Source: a virus
Lineage: Duplodnaviria > Caudoviricetes
Direction: 5' to 3' (one strand)
IMG/VR virus record: IMGVR_UViG_3300017747_001556
Span: 1 to 36,290 of that record
Length of the DNA stretch: 36,290 nt
Part shown: positions 7,310-14,938 of the stretch, piece by piece
Position numbering within the stretch: position 1 is the first letter of the stretch
Layout: the number at the start of each line of letters is the position of its first letter
The notes under the pieces: generated by a model
Databases searched by the model: none
What the model was told of the DNA's origin: nothing
The model's input: the letters and a program-made list of their open reading frames with translations, nothing else
Made by a program: the position numbers and the translations under genes

Positions 7310-7687
7310 CTACTTCAATTTACTAGCCTTGAAATTAACTGAGCAGTAGTGCGTGCTGATGTCACGGATTTCCTTGCTGTACCGGTCAAGTACCTCTACC
7401 CAATAGGCATCCTCAATTCGTGGAGTGCCTGATATGATTCTCCTGAGCCTTGCCCTGCGAGATTTTAAGTCGGGTTCGATCACCATAAACAACAGCTCAA
7501 ACTGCTTAGCGTATGGTAAGTACCCATCCTTCACATCCAGTCCGCATCTTCTTAGTGAGTCGACCACACTCTTCTTTAAGTCATAGACATACAATAACTT
7601 CTCGGACCTATTCATCCGCTTCTTGATTGTCTCCGAGCCAACTCTCTTGGCTCTTTTCTTTTTTACCTCTGTGATTTCTGTTTGCAT
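7310..7687 (-). CDS. Hypothetical basic protein (125 aa)
   Basis: ORF in a tightly packed operon. Confidence 0.65.
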   Translation of the reverse strand: MQTEITEVKKKRAKRVGSETIKKRMNRSEKLLYVYDLKKSVVDSLRRCGLDVKDGYLPYAKQFELLFMVIEPDLKSRRARLRRIISGTPRIEDAYWVEVLDRYSKEIRDISTHYCSVNFKASKLK

Positions 7688-7893
7688 CGTTCTTGTGTTT
7701 TTAGAATTTTAATTACCTCGTCCCACCTATCCAAGTCGCTCTCATTAAACGTGAAGCAACCTGAACGGAAGACCTTTAGCATATTGCGATAGCTCTCAGG
7801 CATATAAACCATAGCCGCTGACCTCGCATCCTTTCCGTTCCTTGCGAACCAGTCAACTATCTTGTGCGCCCTGAGTATTAACTCCTTATTCAA
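7663..7893 (-). CDS. Hypothetical protein (76 aa)
   Basis: ORF in a tightly packed operon. Confidence 0.6.
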   Translation of the reverse strand: MNKELILRAHKIVDWFARNGKDARSAAMVYMPESYRNMLKVFRSGCFTFNESDLDRWDEVIKILKTQERCKQKSQR

Positions 7894-8260
7894 CCTCTAT
7901 GGTCTTTGTCTCGAAGTCTATCATTACATAGGATGGGGCGCAGAAGTCCTCTCTCATCTCCAGTCTATCCTCAATCTTCCACCCATCCTTGAGCGAGTCA
8001 ATAACTAACACACCATTTTCAGTGATGTCTCCATGTTCATCGGACTGATCGTAGACCGTGTACTCAATCTCTGCGACAACCTGATCAATGGAGGTGTAGA
8101 TACTCTTTAGTCCCCACTCCCTTACCTCGAAATCCATCGTCCAATACACTGTCGCAGTGAATGGATTGTTGTCCACATCGTTCTGCTTCATAGAGAAGTG
8201 AGTCTTGATGGACCTAGCGTGAGAGTCTCTAACCCTCGTTGTAAATTGTAGTGATGTCAT
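7886..8260 (-). CDS. Hypothetical protein (124 aa)
   Basis: ORF in a tightly packed operon. Confidence 0.7.
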   Translation of the reverse strand: MTSLQFTTRVRDSHARSIKTHFSMKQNDVDNNPFTATVYWTMDFEVREWGLKSIYTSIDQVVAEIEYTVYDQSDEHGDITENGVLVIDSLKDGWKIEDRLEMREDFCAPSYVMIDFETKTIEVE

Positions 8261-8423
8261 TTGCTATTGTTTTGAAATATTGGTTTATTTTCTCGAGTTC
8301 CTCATCCTTCCAACCACCCTGCACTAGGCATCGTTGCATCCTCCCTCGCTGGATACCACATTGGTTACACAGCTCTGTCACATTGAACTTGTCAATGTTG
8401 CTCACTAAATACTTGATTATCAT
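8229..8423 (-). CDS. Small HTH-like protein
   Basis: NVTELCNQCGIQRGRMQRCL resembles a helix-turn-helix; first gene after a promoter. Confidence 0.55.
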   Translation of the reverse strand: MIIKYLVSNIDKFNVTELCNQCGIQRGRMQRCLVQGGWKDEELEKINQYFKTIANDITTIYNEG

Positions 8424-8440
8424 ACTACTTTATTTAGGCA

Positions 8441-8471
8441 CGAAGATACTAACAGGACATCATTCCTGCAA
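8441..8471 (-). promoter_or_regulatory. Bacteroidota-type promoter (variant)
   Basis: TTG-N20-TATCTTCG. Confidence 0.55.
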
Positions 8472-8497
8472 TTTTTTTTCGATAAAATTATTAACAA

Positions 8498-9436
8498 TTA
8501 TTTCTTAGAAGAATTAGATAAATACCTTATACCATTATACAGACTACCTTTTGAACAATTATCTGAAGCCCATAATGGTTGTAGATTATCTAATGAAAAA
8601 GCTTTTTTTAAATCATCCTCATTATTAAAGTCAAAAGAAGCTAATGGTTTTATATGATCTATATGCCATCCGTTTCTTCCGTAATTATCCCATGTCATTC
8701 CATCTTTGAATTTAGACTCTAAATGAGTGATTAAATCATTCGAGTTGTATCCTAAAAATTCAAATGTTTTAAATGTTTTTTTGCTAATACATGAGGATAC
8801 CATTGACCTAATTCTCATTCCTATATATTTACTAGGGCATAGTTTTGCTTTAAGGTAATAGGCTTTATCTGATTTCTTTTTACTTATTTTGTATTTGTCT
8901 GATTTTTTATATGCTTTTATTTTTTCTTTATTTTTTAAATTATAAATCTTGTCTTGCTCTCGTTTTTTATCTTTATTTTTAATAACCCATTCCTTCATGT
9001 ATTCTTTTCTACAGCCCTCACCTGATCTACATTTCTTACAGCTACTTTGTAGTTTAGATGATGATGCAGAACTTTTATAAAAGCAATCATTTTTTAGTAC
9101 AAGTTTGCATTTGGAACATTTTTTATAACCATCTTGTAGCGAGTTAGATAAATCACCGTTATTTATTAATTTTTTAACAATATAATATTTTACACCAGAC
9201 CTTATAGATATTTGTTTTAGAGAAAGCCCTTTGTTTAAGTGTTTTTCTATCAGGGGTCTATAACAACTGTTGTCTTTTTTTTGACGAGTAAATTTGTTTT
9301 CAGATAAATTTAACCGATTTAATTCCTTGCGAATAACCCCAACAGATGTGTTAAGTTTAATAGAAATTTTAGTTGTACTCAATCCTAATGAATGCAATTC
9401 TAATAAAATAATATCATTTATTGTAGCCTTAACCAT
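8498..9436 (-). CDS. Free-standing HNH homing endonuclease with N-terminal HTH repeats and a zinc-finger
   Basis: KKCSKC...SCKKC; HLESKFKDGMTWDNYG..GWHIDHIKPLASF...NLQPLWASDNCSKG. Markedly more AT-rich than its neighbours. Confidence 0.9.
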   Translation of the reverse strand: MVKATINDIILLELHSLGLSTTKISIKLNTSVGVIRKELNRLNLSENKFTRQKKDNSCYRPLIEKHLNKGLSLKQISIRSGVKYYIVKKLINNGDLSNSLQDGYKKCSKCKLVLKNDCFYKSSASSSKLQSSCKKCRSGEGCRKEYMKEWVIKNKDKKREQDKIYNLKNKEKIKAYKKSDKYKISKKKSDKAYYLKAKLCPSKYIGMRIRSMVSSCISKKTFKTFEFLGYNSNDLITHLESKFKDGMTWDNYGRNGWHIDHIKPLASFDFNNEDDLKKAFSLDNLQPLWASDNCSKGSLYNGIRYLSNSSKK

Positions 9437-9440
9437 ATTT

Positions 9441-9752
9441 TCACTTCAATCTCTTTCCATCTTTACCATGCCCATTTCTTGCACGATTCTTGGATTTATC
9501 TTCTAACACTAACTTTCCAGATTTAGTATGACTTCTATCTTTATTCATAGATGTCATCTTTCCATACGTTCCAGCATCCTTGTTGGCTTTGTTTAAGCCT
9601 GCTCTGTACTTCTTCCTTTCATCTGTGGAGTGATACTTCTTGTTGTAATCATTCTTCTTCTCACGAGCCTCAGGATTGTTTTGAAAGTAGCGTGCAGACT
9701 TAGACGTACCCTTCTTAGAGCCAGCTAGTGTGTTTCTTTTAGACGTTGCCAT
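9441..9752 (-). CDS. Highly basic protein with a degenerate HNH-like C-terminus
   Basis: KDRSHTKSGKLVLEDKSKNRARNG; ATG at 9752 lies 3 nt after TATATTTG. Confidence 0.7.
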   Translation of the reverse strand: MATSKRNTLAGSKKGTSKSARYFQNNPEAREKKNDYNKKYHSTDERKKYRAGLNKANKDAGTYGKMTSMNKDRSHTKSGKLVLEDKSKNRARNGHGKDGKRLK

Positions 9753-9755
9753 ACG

Positions 9756-9763
9756 CAAATATA
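9756..9763 (-). promoter_or_regulatory. Bacteroidota -7 promoter element
   Basis: TATATTTG directly before the ATG at 9752. Confidence 0.55.
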
Positions 9764-9767
9764 ATTA

Positions 9768-9863
9768 TTAGATTGCAAACGTATCATCGTTATCATCGTT
9801 GTTTTTAATAAATATAAACCCGAAGATAAACATAATGACCATCCCTATTACTATGTATTCCAT
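9768..9863 (-). CDS. Single-TM microprotein (31 aa), not in the ORF track
   Basis: MEYIVIGMVIMFIFGFIFIKNNDDNDDTFAI; TATATTTG (9875-9868) lies 4 nt upstream. Confidence 0.6.
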   Translation of the reverse strand: MEYIVIGMVIMFIFGFIFIKNNDDNDDTFAI

Positions 9864-9875
9864 TGTGCAAATATA

Positions 9876-10391
9876 CTATTCCATCTCCAATTTTGCTAAC
9901 TCCTTGAGTAGACGATATTTCTGGACCTTGATCTGCTCCCGATCCTTATCGTGTTCTCCAGACAATAGGTTGATCAGTTCAGTCTTCATCTCGTTCAGTT
10001 GCTTCTCCATCTCTATCACTCGCTTGATGTAGCTTCTAACATCATAGGTGATGAACTCCGTGCCAGCCTGCATCCCCAAGTACTTACTTATCACGTTATC
10101 ATATACCTGACGATATATCTTCTCGGAATTATACAGCGTGATGTGGACCGTGTTAATCATGTAGGTCACGTTGCTATGGTCTCTCTTAATCTCCTTCCCT
10201 ATATCCACCACCTTCATGTTGAGGATGTCTTTAAGCAACACACAAACCATTGCCCTGACCTTTACATAGGCGGCCTTTTTTGATCTGGCGGTCACATCCT
10301 TCCAGCTAATTTTTTTGTCATCCAAGATGAAGCAATTTACCTCATCAATTACAGCTCTTTTAATAGCTTCAATTTGTTTTTCGTTATTCAT
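9876..10391 (-). CDS. DnaA C-terminal (domain IV) HTH protein with coiled-coil tail
   Basis: VTARSKKAAYVKVRAMVCVLLKD...VVDIGKEIKRDHSNVTY matches the Bac_DnaA_C RDH(S/T)TV signature. Confidence 0.8.
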   Translation of the reverse strand: MNNEKQIEAIKRAVIDEVNCFILDDKKISWKDVTARSKKAAYVKVRAMVCVLLKDILNMKVVDIGKEIKRDHSNVTYMINTVHITLYNSEKIYRQVYDNVISKYLGMQAGTEFITYDVRSYIKRVIEMEKQLNEMKTELINLLSGEHDKDREQIKVQKYRLLKELAKLEME

Positions 10392-10410
10392 AGTCTTTGT
10401 TTTTAATTTC

Positions 10411-10443
10411 GTATTACGATAGTATTACTAGTGTATTCCTTTG
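10411..10443. repeat. Three 11-bp iteron-like units
   Basis: GTATTACGATA GTATTACTAGT GTATTCCTTTG; the middle unit is identical to the initiator-gene iterons. Confidence 0.6.
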
Positions 10444-10559
10444 ATTACCCTCATTGTTTAATAACCTAATAAGGGCGAGTGGCTTGTAAATCAATACTTT
10501 ACCACTCGCACACCTATTAGTAACTAAACAACAAACATAAACAACAAACACACTGACAA

Positions 10560-10706
10560 TCAATCGATTGTATAATTTCTTTTTGATGTATCCACGTTCA
10601 ATGTCTTATCCCTCTCTAATTTGATGTAGAGATACCAGTCATTGAGTGTTTTACCTTCTCGTGGATCGTCTTTTGAGAGCCTTACTTGCAAGTTCTTTTG
10701 CATCAT
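10560..10706 (-). CDS. Possible small protein (48 aa), an alternative to track ORF 10651..10893
   Basis: MMQKNLQVRLSKDDPREGKTLNDWYLYIKLERDK... with an A-rich leader; the coding frame in 10.56-10.85 kb is ambiguous. Confidence 0.4.
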   Translation of the reverse strand: MMQKNLQVRLSKDDPREGKTLNDWYLYIKLERDKTLNVDTSKRNYTID

Positions 10707-10846
10707 AATTTATAGTTATTACCTTGTTAATTATTGAATCGTCCCCATATATCGCCTTCTCCCAATTCATATTGTAACATGTGCATCCACCGCAAGACTT
10801 CAACTCCAATGAGCATGGTCTGGCGCATGAATGGAAGGCGCAGGAT

Positions 10847-11089
10847 TTAGTACGCAGAATCATCGTGAATCTCCTCCGAATTTCTGTTGACATCGAATGG
10901 TGGATGAGCGTGCATCATCTTCTTCCCGATGGTATCCAGCACCTTCATCTCGTCCATGATAAACTTCTCCACCGAATAGTGTCTCTCCTTCCTTGTCTCG
11001 GCTAGCCGTCTATCCAGCTCCGATGTTGTTTGATAGATGAGCCTGAACATCGTGTTCACCTCTTCTTCAGTTAGCTTTATTGTACGCAT
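10847..11089 (-). CDS. Hypothetical early protein (80 aa)
   Basis: ORF in the early operon. Confidence 0.65.
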   Translation of the reverse strand: MRTIKLTEEEVNTMFRLIYQTTSELDRRLAETRKERHYSVEKFIMDEMKVLDTIGKKMMHAHPPFDVNRNSEEIHDDSAY

Positions 11090-11234
11090 AGCATATCGTT
11101 TGAATGATTGTTATTATTGTTAACCCTACCACAGCTACATATTGCGTAGCCGTAGACATTGTCTCAACCCCGATCAACCCCAGCAGGATCAGTAATGGGA
11201 TGAGAGCATCGCTTGTTCCCTTTATGTTTTTCAT
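11067..11234 (-). CDS. Small two-TM membrane protein
   Basis: From MKNIKG: LIPLLILLGLIGV...YVAVVGLTIITII; ATGA overlap with the upstream microgene. Confidence 0.55.
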   Translation of the reverse strand: MKNIKGTSDALIPLLILLGLIGVETMSTATQYVAVVGLTIITIIQTICYAYNKAN

Positions 11235-11347
11235 GACCTCTTCTTTAATACAAGACATCCTATTGAATATCCCATCATCAAAGGAAGGGAGAGTAAGGAC
11301 CTGAGGATAAACCCCCAAATCCTTACACTTAACCAGACCCTTCCCAT
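11231..11347 (-). CDS. Hydrophobic microprotein (38 aa), not in the ORF track
   Basis: MGRVWLSVRIWGFILRSLLSLPLMMGYSIGCLVLKKRS; TAATG and ATGA overlaps at its two ends. Confidence 0.5.
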   Translation of the reverse strand: MGRVWLSVRIWGFILRSLLSLPLMMGYSIGCLVLKKRS

Positions 11348-11571
11348 TAGATGAAATCAATATCGTTACAGAAAAATGAGTCGACTATATTCTCGTCATC
11401 CTCGTCCATCAGCAGTACCTGATAGTCCCCATTGTCCACCTCGTACTCGCTCTTCCACTTCTTGAAAAACTTGGGGAACATATTCTCACTGCTGTTCACG
11501 CTCCACTCTACATGAGTCGGGACATATTCGTTCCTTCTGGAGTTGTACTCCTTCACATGAATGTTATACAT
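11347..11571 (-). CDS. Hypothetical acidic early protein
   Basis: ORF; start at MYNIHV preferred (track start 11589). Confidence 0.6.
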   Translation of the reverse strand: MYNIHVKEYNSRRNEYVPTHVEWSVNSSENMFPKFFKKWKSEYEVDNGDYQVLLMDEDDENIVDSFFCNDIDFI

Positions 11572-11848
11572 GACGCCCTCCCTCTGCATACATTGCAGTA
11601 ATTAACTTGCCGACAGCCTTCTCATAGTGACCTCGTGCGGTTATATAATTTCCATTTACATAGATACCAAACCTATTGTACTCCTTCCCACTCTTGCTTT
11701 GAGACCCTAACGTCTCAATATATCCCGTAGCTCTATATTCTCCCCCCATTGTAAGTACAGCAGATGCAATCCGTGTGTCTGTCTTGTAATGTTTACCTGC
11801 CTTTTGAAATTGAGCAGGCTCATGAATCATGATTTCTATAGTTTCCAT
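11564..11848 (-). CDS. Hypothetical early protein (94 aa)
   Basis: ORF with an A-rich leader. Confidence 0.7.
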   Translation of the reverse strand: METIEIMIHEPAQFQKAGKHYKTDTRIASAVLTMGGEYRATGYIETLGSQSKSGKEYNRFGIYVNGNYITARGHYEKAVGKLITAMYAEGGRHV

Positions 11849-11852
11849 TGTT

Positions 11853-12134
11853 TTATTGGTTTAAGTTTCTTCGTTTCCATTCGTACTTGATCAGGTCATC
11901 AATGAAGGAGTCTTCCACCCTGACATACCAGCCGTCCCACTCCTGAGCCACCTCCAATATCATGTCGGTGTTGGTGTACATACAGCTGGAGATATACTCC
12001 CCTTCCTTTCTGTCCTGCATCAGGTAGTCCAGCAAGGAGATAATTTCTTTCTCCCTGCCGTCATTGAACATATTGTATGCCCTGACTACCTCTCTCCCGA
12101 ATAGGTAGCTATGTGCTGTTACTTTATTCTCCAT
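11853..12134 (-). CDS. Hypothetical early protein (93 aa)
   Basis: ORF in the early operon. Confidence 0.7.
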   Translation of the reverse strand: MENKVTAHSYLFGREVVRAYNMFNDGREKEIISLLDYLMQDRKEGEYISSCMYTNTDMILEVAQEWDGWYVRVEDSFIDDLIKYEWKRRNLNQ

Positions 12135-12303
12135 GTCTCTCGAATGTTACGTTCTTGAATACATCCACCGAATACCATGACCCATCCACCTCTACCTCGT
12201 TCAGGTACATTTCAGGGTTCATGCGTGAACCTTGGTTGATTACTTTGTAGTCAGTGACTACCTTCTTCTCACCATCGTGGGTGATTGCGATTAAATTGTT
12301 CAT
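12124..12303 (-). CDS. Hypothetical early protein (59 aa), not in the ORF track
   Basis: MNNLIAITHDGEKKVVTDYKV...; fills the gap, ATGA overlap upstream. Confidence 0.65.
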   Translation of the reverse strand: MNNLIAITHDGEKKVVTDYKVINQGSRMNPEMYLNEVEVDGSWYSVDVFKNVTFERHGE

Positions 12304-12512
12304 ATTGCTAAATTGTTTAATAGTTCATAATAGTGGTCATACCAATGATTAAAGGTATCTTGAGCATCTTCCGTGTATGCCGTGTCCCCATTCTCATGGG
12401 TGATATAGACATCATCAGGTGTTACTATCTGCTCGTGGAATAACATCTCACGAATGGTTTGCTCATGCGCTAATTCGCTAGCCGCCTCAATTAAATTGAT
12501 TTCGATATTCAT
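12300..12512 (-). CDS. Hypothetical acidic early protein (70 aa)
   Basis: INLIEAASELAH...YTEDAQDTFNHWYDHYY. Confidence 0.7.
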   Translation of the reverse strand: MNIEINLIEAASELAHEQTIREMLFHEQIVTPDDVYITHENGDTAYTEDAQDTFNHWYDHYYELLNNLAI

Positions 12513-12721
12513 GGCTCAACTTGTTTATAGGGTTCTAATTCGATCCAGCCCATTGTCTCAGGGAATCGTGTGCTGTCAGTAGCTTTAATCTCGTCCCCAT
12601 CAATCTCCAATTCAAGATTGTGGGTCTCTGCAAAAGCTTTGAGCGATGTCACCGCAGACTCTAGGGTCTGTCGTTTCACAACTATGGTATGTGAGCCGTC
12701 CTTTTTGTGTAATAGATACAT
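12509..12721 (-). CDS. Hypothetical early protein (70 aa)
   Basis: ORF with ATGA coupling. Confidence 0.65.
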   Translation of the reverse strand: MYLLHKKDGSHTIVVKRQTLESAVTSLKAFAETHNLELEIDGDEIKATDSTRFPETMGWIELEPYKQVEP

Positions 12722-12723
12722 GG

Positions 12724-13245
12724 TTAAACGTATTTCATTATTGTTTTTATTACTCGCTCGTGTTGGAATAACTCCTCTATCGTGTCAACTATAAGTTCTC
12801 TATGCTCATTGCCTGCATAGGTGTAGAAGCGGATAGATTTCAGAACCTGAACGTAAAAGTTATTGCAATCACTATATTTATTTGATTTAACTACATCCAA
12901 GGTTACTCGGAAAGCTTCATGTTTAACACCAGATGTCACAGCCCAAAACTCCCAATAATATCCGTTCTCGCATTCCTTCCAATTATTTTGAGGTTTTATT
13001 TCAAACACGTCACCTAACGATTTATGAATCTTCACATTCGTCTTGTCAATGGTTTGCAGAATTAATTTACGCATTGCCTCATTACTGACCTCAACTTCAC
13101 GCTTGGTCTGTAGCCATTTGTCCTTGGCGCTGTTAAGCTTGTCCCAATCTACCAAGCCACCGCTAATAGATGGAGCTGGCACATTCATTTTCTCGAACTC
13201 ATTCACCAATGAGTCGATGATTTGTTGTTGATTTTTTGTAATCAT
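12724..13245 (-). CDS. Hypothetical early protein (173 aa)
   Basis: ORF after a TAAATTTG element (13283-13276) and an A-rich leader. Confidence 0.75.
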   Translation of the reverse strand: MITKNQQQIIDSLVNEFEKMNVPAPSISGGLVDWDKLNSAKDKWLQTKREVEVSNEAMRKLILQTIDKTNVKIHKSLGDVFEIKPQNNWKECENGYYWEFWAVTSGVKHEAFRVTLDVVKSNKYSDCNNFYVQVLKSIRFYTYAGNEHRELIVDTIEELFQHERVIKTIMKYV

Positions 13246-13280
13246 GTGTTTATTGTTTATTGTTTATTACTTTGACAAAT

Positions 13281-13553
13281 TTATACCAACTCAACCTGAT
13301 TGGTGCTGTTGTTGATAACTTTTTTACCGCATTTGAAGGAGATGATAGTAGAAACATTGACCATCCTATAGTCCTGCTTCTGCAAGTCCCACACCACCAC
13401 CAATCCTTTGTCATCGGGGTTGTAGTTCATCCCCTTCCCGTTCACTCCCTTGCGGACTCCAATACGAGCCGTCATCTTGCGAGCCGACCCATCCTTCTTT
13501 GTGAATACCACAGAGAAATACTTTCCCTTGGTTGCTGTGATTACTTCTTTCAT
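13281..13553 (-). CDS. SH3/Sm-like beta-barrel protein (WYL_2-like)
   Basis: FSVVFTKKDGSARKM...VVVWDLQKQDYRMVN pattern. Confidence 0.7.
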   Translation of the reverse strand: MKEVITATKGKYFSVVFTKKDGSARKMTARIGVRKGVNGKGMNYNPDDKGLVVVWDLQKQDYRMVNVSTIISFKCGKKVINNSTNQVELV

Positions 13554-13568
13554 CGTGTTTTGTTTATT

Positions 13569-13645
13569 GATTAAGAGGTCACCTTATCAGGCTGTGGATA
13601 CCCACATTTAAGACCTTTCGTCCAATCAGGACTCGTCAGTTAATC
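13569..13645 (-). ncRNA. Type I hammerhead ribozyme HH1 (predicted CUC cleavage between 13575 and 13574)
   Basis: GATTAA CTGACGA GTCC-TGATT-GGAC GAAA GGTC-[31 nt, two hairpins]-GACC TC TTAATC: complete catalytic core and three stems. Confidence 0.9.
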
Positions 13646-14107
13646 TTTCCAAACCTGCTCCAATGTACCATCAGGTTTTTCAACATACCAATACTCCTCG
13701 TCCTCCACGTCCCATTCAGTGAAGTAGTACTCCTCCGTATCGTATGCCTCAGCTAGGATAAACTCATCGGTTAAGCCTTCGCCTGCATCCTTCATATACC
13801 CTCGGATATACTCCGCTAGGTCTGCCTCATTCTCAAAGTATGCCTCACCATCACCCAAGCAATACCCCTCGTTCATACCCTTGCCAGTCTTGGTATCAAC
13901 CCTAGCCCATTTGCGTGGAGGTTGCTCACCTTCCACCGCATAGAACATTACCCCTCTATCGTCCTCCATCTGCACGTTCATTTCGATTAAGGACTCGGAC
14001 TCATCGTCATAGACCTTGTATACTTCCTTACCTGAATGTAGCAATTCGATTGCCTGCTCCTTTGTGACTATCGTCCAAACGAACCCGTCTTGTGTTGTGT
14101 GTTTCAT
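13640..14107 (-). CDS. Acidic two-module early protein (155 aa)
   Basis: N-module DGFVWTIVTKEQA..VYKVYDDESESLIE; C-module ARVDTKTGKGMNEGY..YYFTEWD; very D/E-rich. Confidence 0.75.
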   Translation of the reverse strand: MKHTTQDGFVWTIVTKEQAIELLHSGKEVYKVYDDESESLIEMNVQMEDDRGVMFYAVEGEQPPRKWARVDTKTGKGMNEGYCLGDGEAYFENEADLAEYIRGYMKDAGEGLTDEFILAEAYDTEEYYFTEWDVEDEEYWYVEKPDGTLEQVWKD

Positions 14108-14355
14108 TATCTTGCGTTTAAGTTGTTTACCTTTAATTTAACACCCGACCATAGCATATCAAAATCGTCCACCTTATTTTTGGCAGGGACCACCTCCAGC
14201 CCCTGCATTGTGGCGAACTTTCTAACGTGCTTGGACGTTGTCGCTGAGTACTTACCCAGCTCAATTAACTTGCTACCCTCAATGGTTGCTACGTGCGTTA
14301 CAAATGAATAGAATTTATTCCCATCCACGAACATGTTGTGACCTACTTTTTTCAT
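14107..14355 (-). CDS. Conserved hypothetical early protein
   Basis: YSFVTHVATI...KYSATTSKHV motif type. Confidence 0.75.
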   Translation of the reverse strand: MKKVGHNMFVDGNKFYSFVTHVATIEGSKLIELGKYSATTSKHVRKFATMQGLEVVPAKNKVDDFDMLWSGVKLKVNNLNAR

Positions 14356-14360
14356 CTTGA

Positions 14361-14561
14361 TTAATTTATTTCTTTATACTTATTTGTTACCTCTCCATCC
14401 GCTGTAATGTACCCACCATCTAGCAATGCCGTAGCCGTCCTGCCGTAGTGACCCTGCAACCACCAGACCTCACCCGACTTGATCAGGTCAGCGAATAGTT
14501 GTAATGTTTCTGCATCGTTCAGCTCCCCTGACTCGTATGCAACGATTGAATTGATATTCAT
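14361..14561 (-). CDS. Conserved hypothetical early protein
   Basis: YESGEL...LFADLIKSGEVWWLQGHYGRTATALLDGG, a widespread small phage family. Confidence 0.8.
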   Translation of the reverse strand: MNINSIVAYESGELNDAETLQLFADLIKSGEVWWLQGHYGRTATALLDGGYITADGEVTNKYKEIN

Positions 14562-14573
14562 TGTGTTTATTGT

Positions 14574-14855
14574 TTATTTGTTTATTGCGTAATTAATTCC
14601 TTTGCTGATAGCTGACCTTGTGGACTTGCTAACATAGCCAGCAACCCCTTCTTTTTGTAGGCTGAACCCTAAGATTGTCCCCGTGATTGTGCCAAACTTT
14701 ATTGATGCCGTCTCAGCGAATTCATAGATTGTTTTGCCTTGTTTAACTAGGTCATAAACCTGCTGTGCATTGTCGAATGGTGATGACTTTGGATAGTCCC
14801 ATTGACCTGACTCAATTGCCTGAACGTAGGCTTTTACGATGTCCGATTTTTTCAT
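14574..14855 (-). CDS. Hypothetical early protein (93 aa)
   Basis: First ORF downstream of HH2. Confidence 0.7.
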   Translation of the reverse strand: MKKSDIVKAYVQAIESGQWDYPKSSPFDNAQQVYDLVKQGKTIYEFAETASIKFGTITGTILGFSLQKEGVAGYVSKSTRSAISKGINYAINK

Positions 14856-14872
14856 TGCTTTGTTTTTTTATT

Positions 14873-14938
14873 GGTTAAGACCTAGGGAGACTATTATACC
14901 TCCCTAGATTTCGACTATTGAAGTCTCATCAGTTAACC
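14873..14938 (-). ncRNA. Type I hammerhead ribozyme HH2 (predicted GUC cleavage between 14879 and 14878)
   Basis: GGTTAA CTGATGA GACT-TCAAT-AGTC GAAA TCTAGGGAG-N10-CTCCCTAGG TC TTAACC. Confidence 0.93.

Noticed and set aside
7120-12420. Other CTGANGA heptamers on the minus strand (about 7124, 7254, 11064, 12413)
   Set aside because: They lie inside ORFs and lack stem II followed by GAAA.
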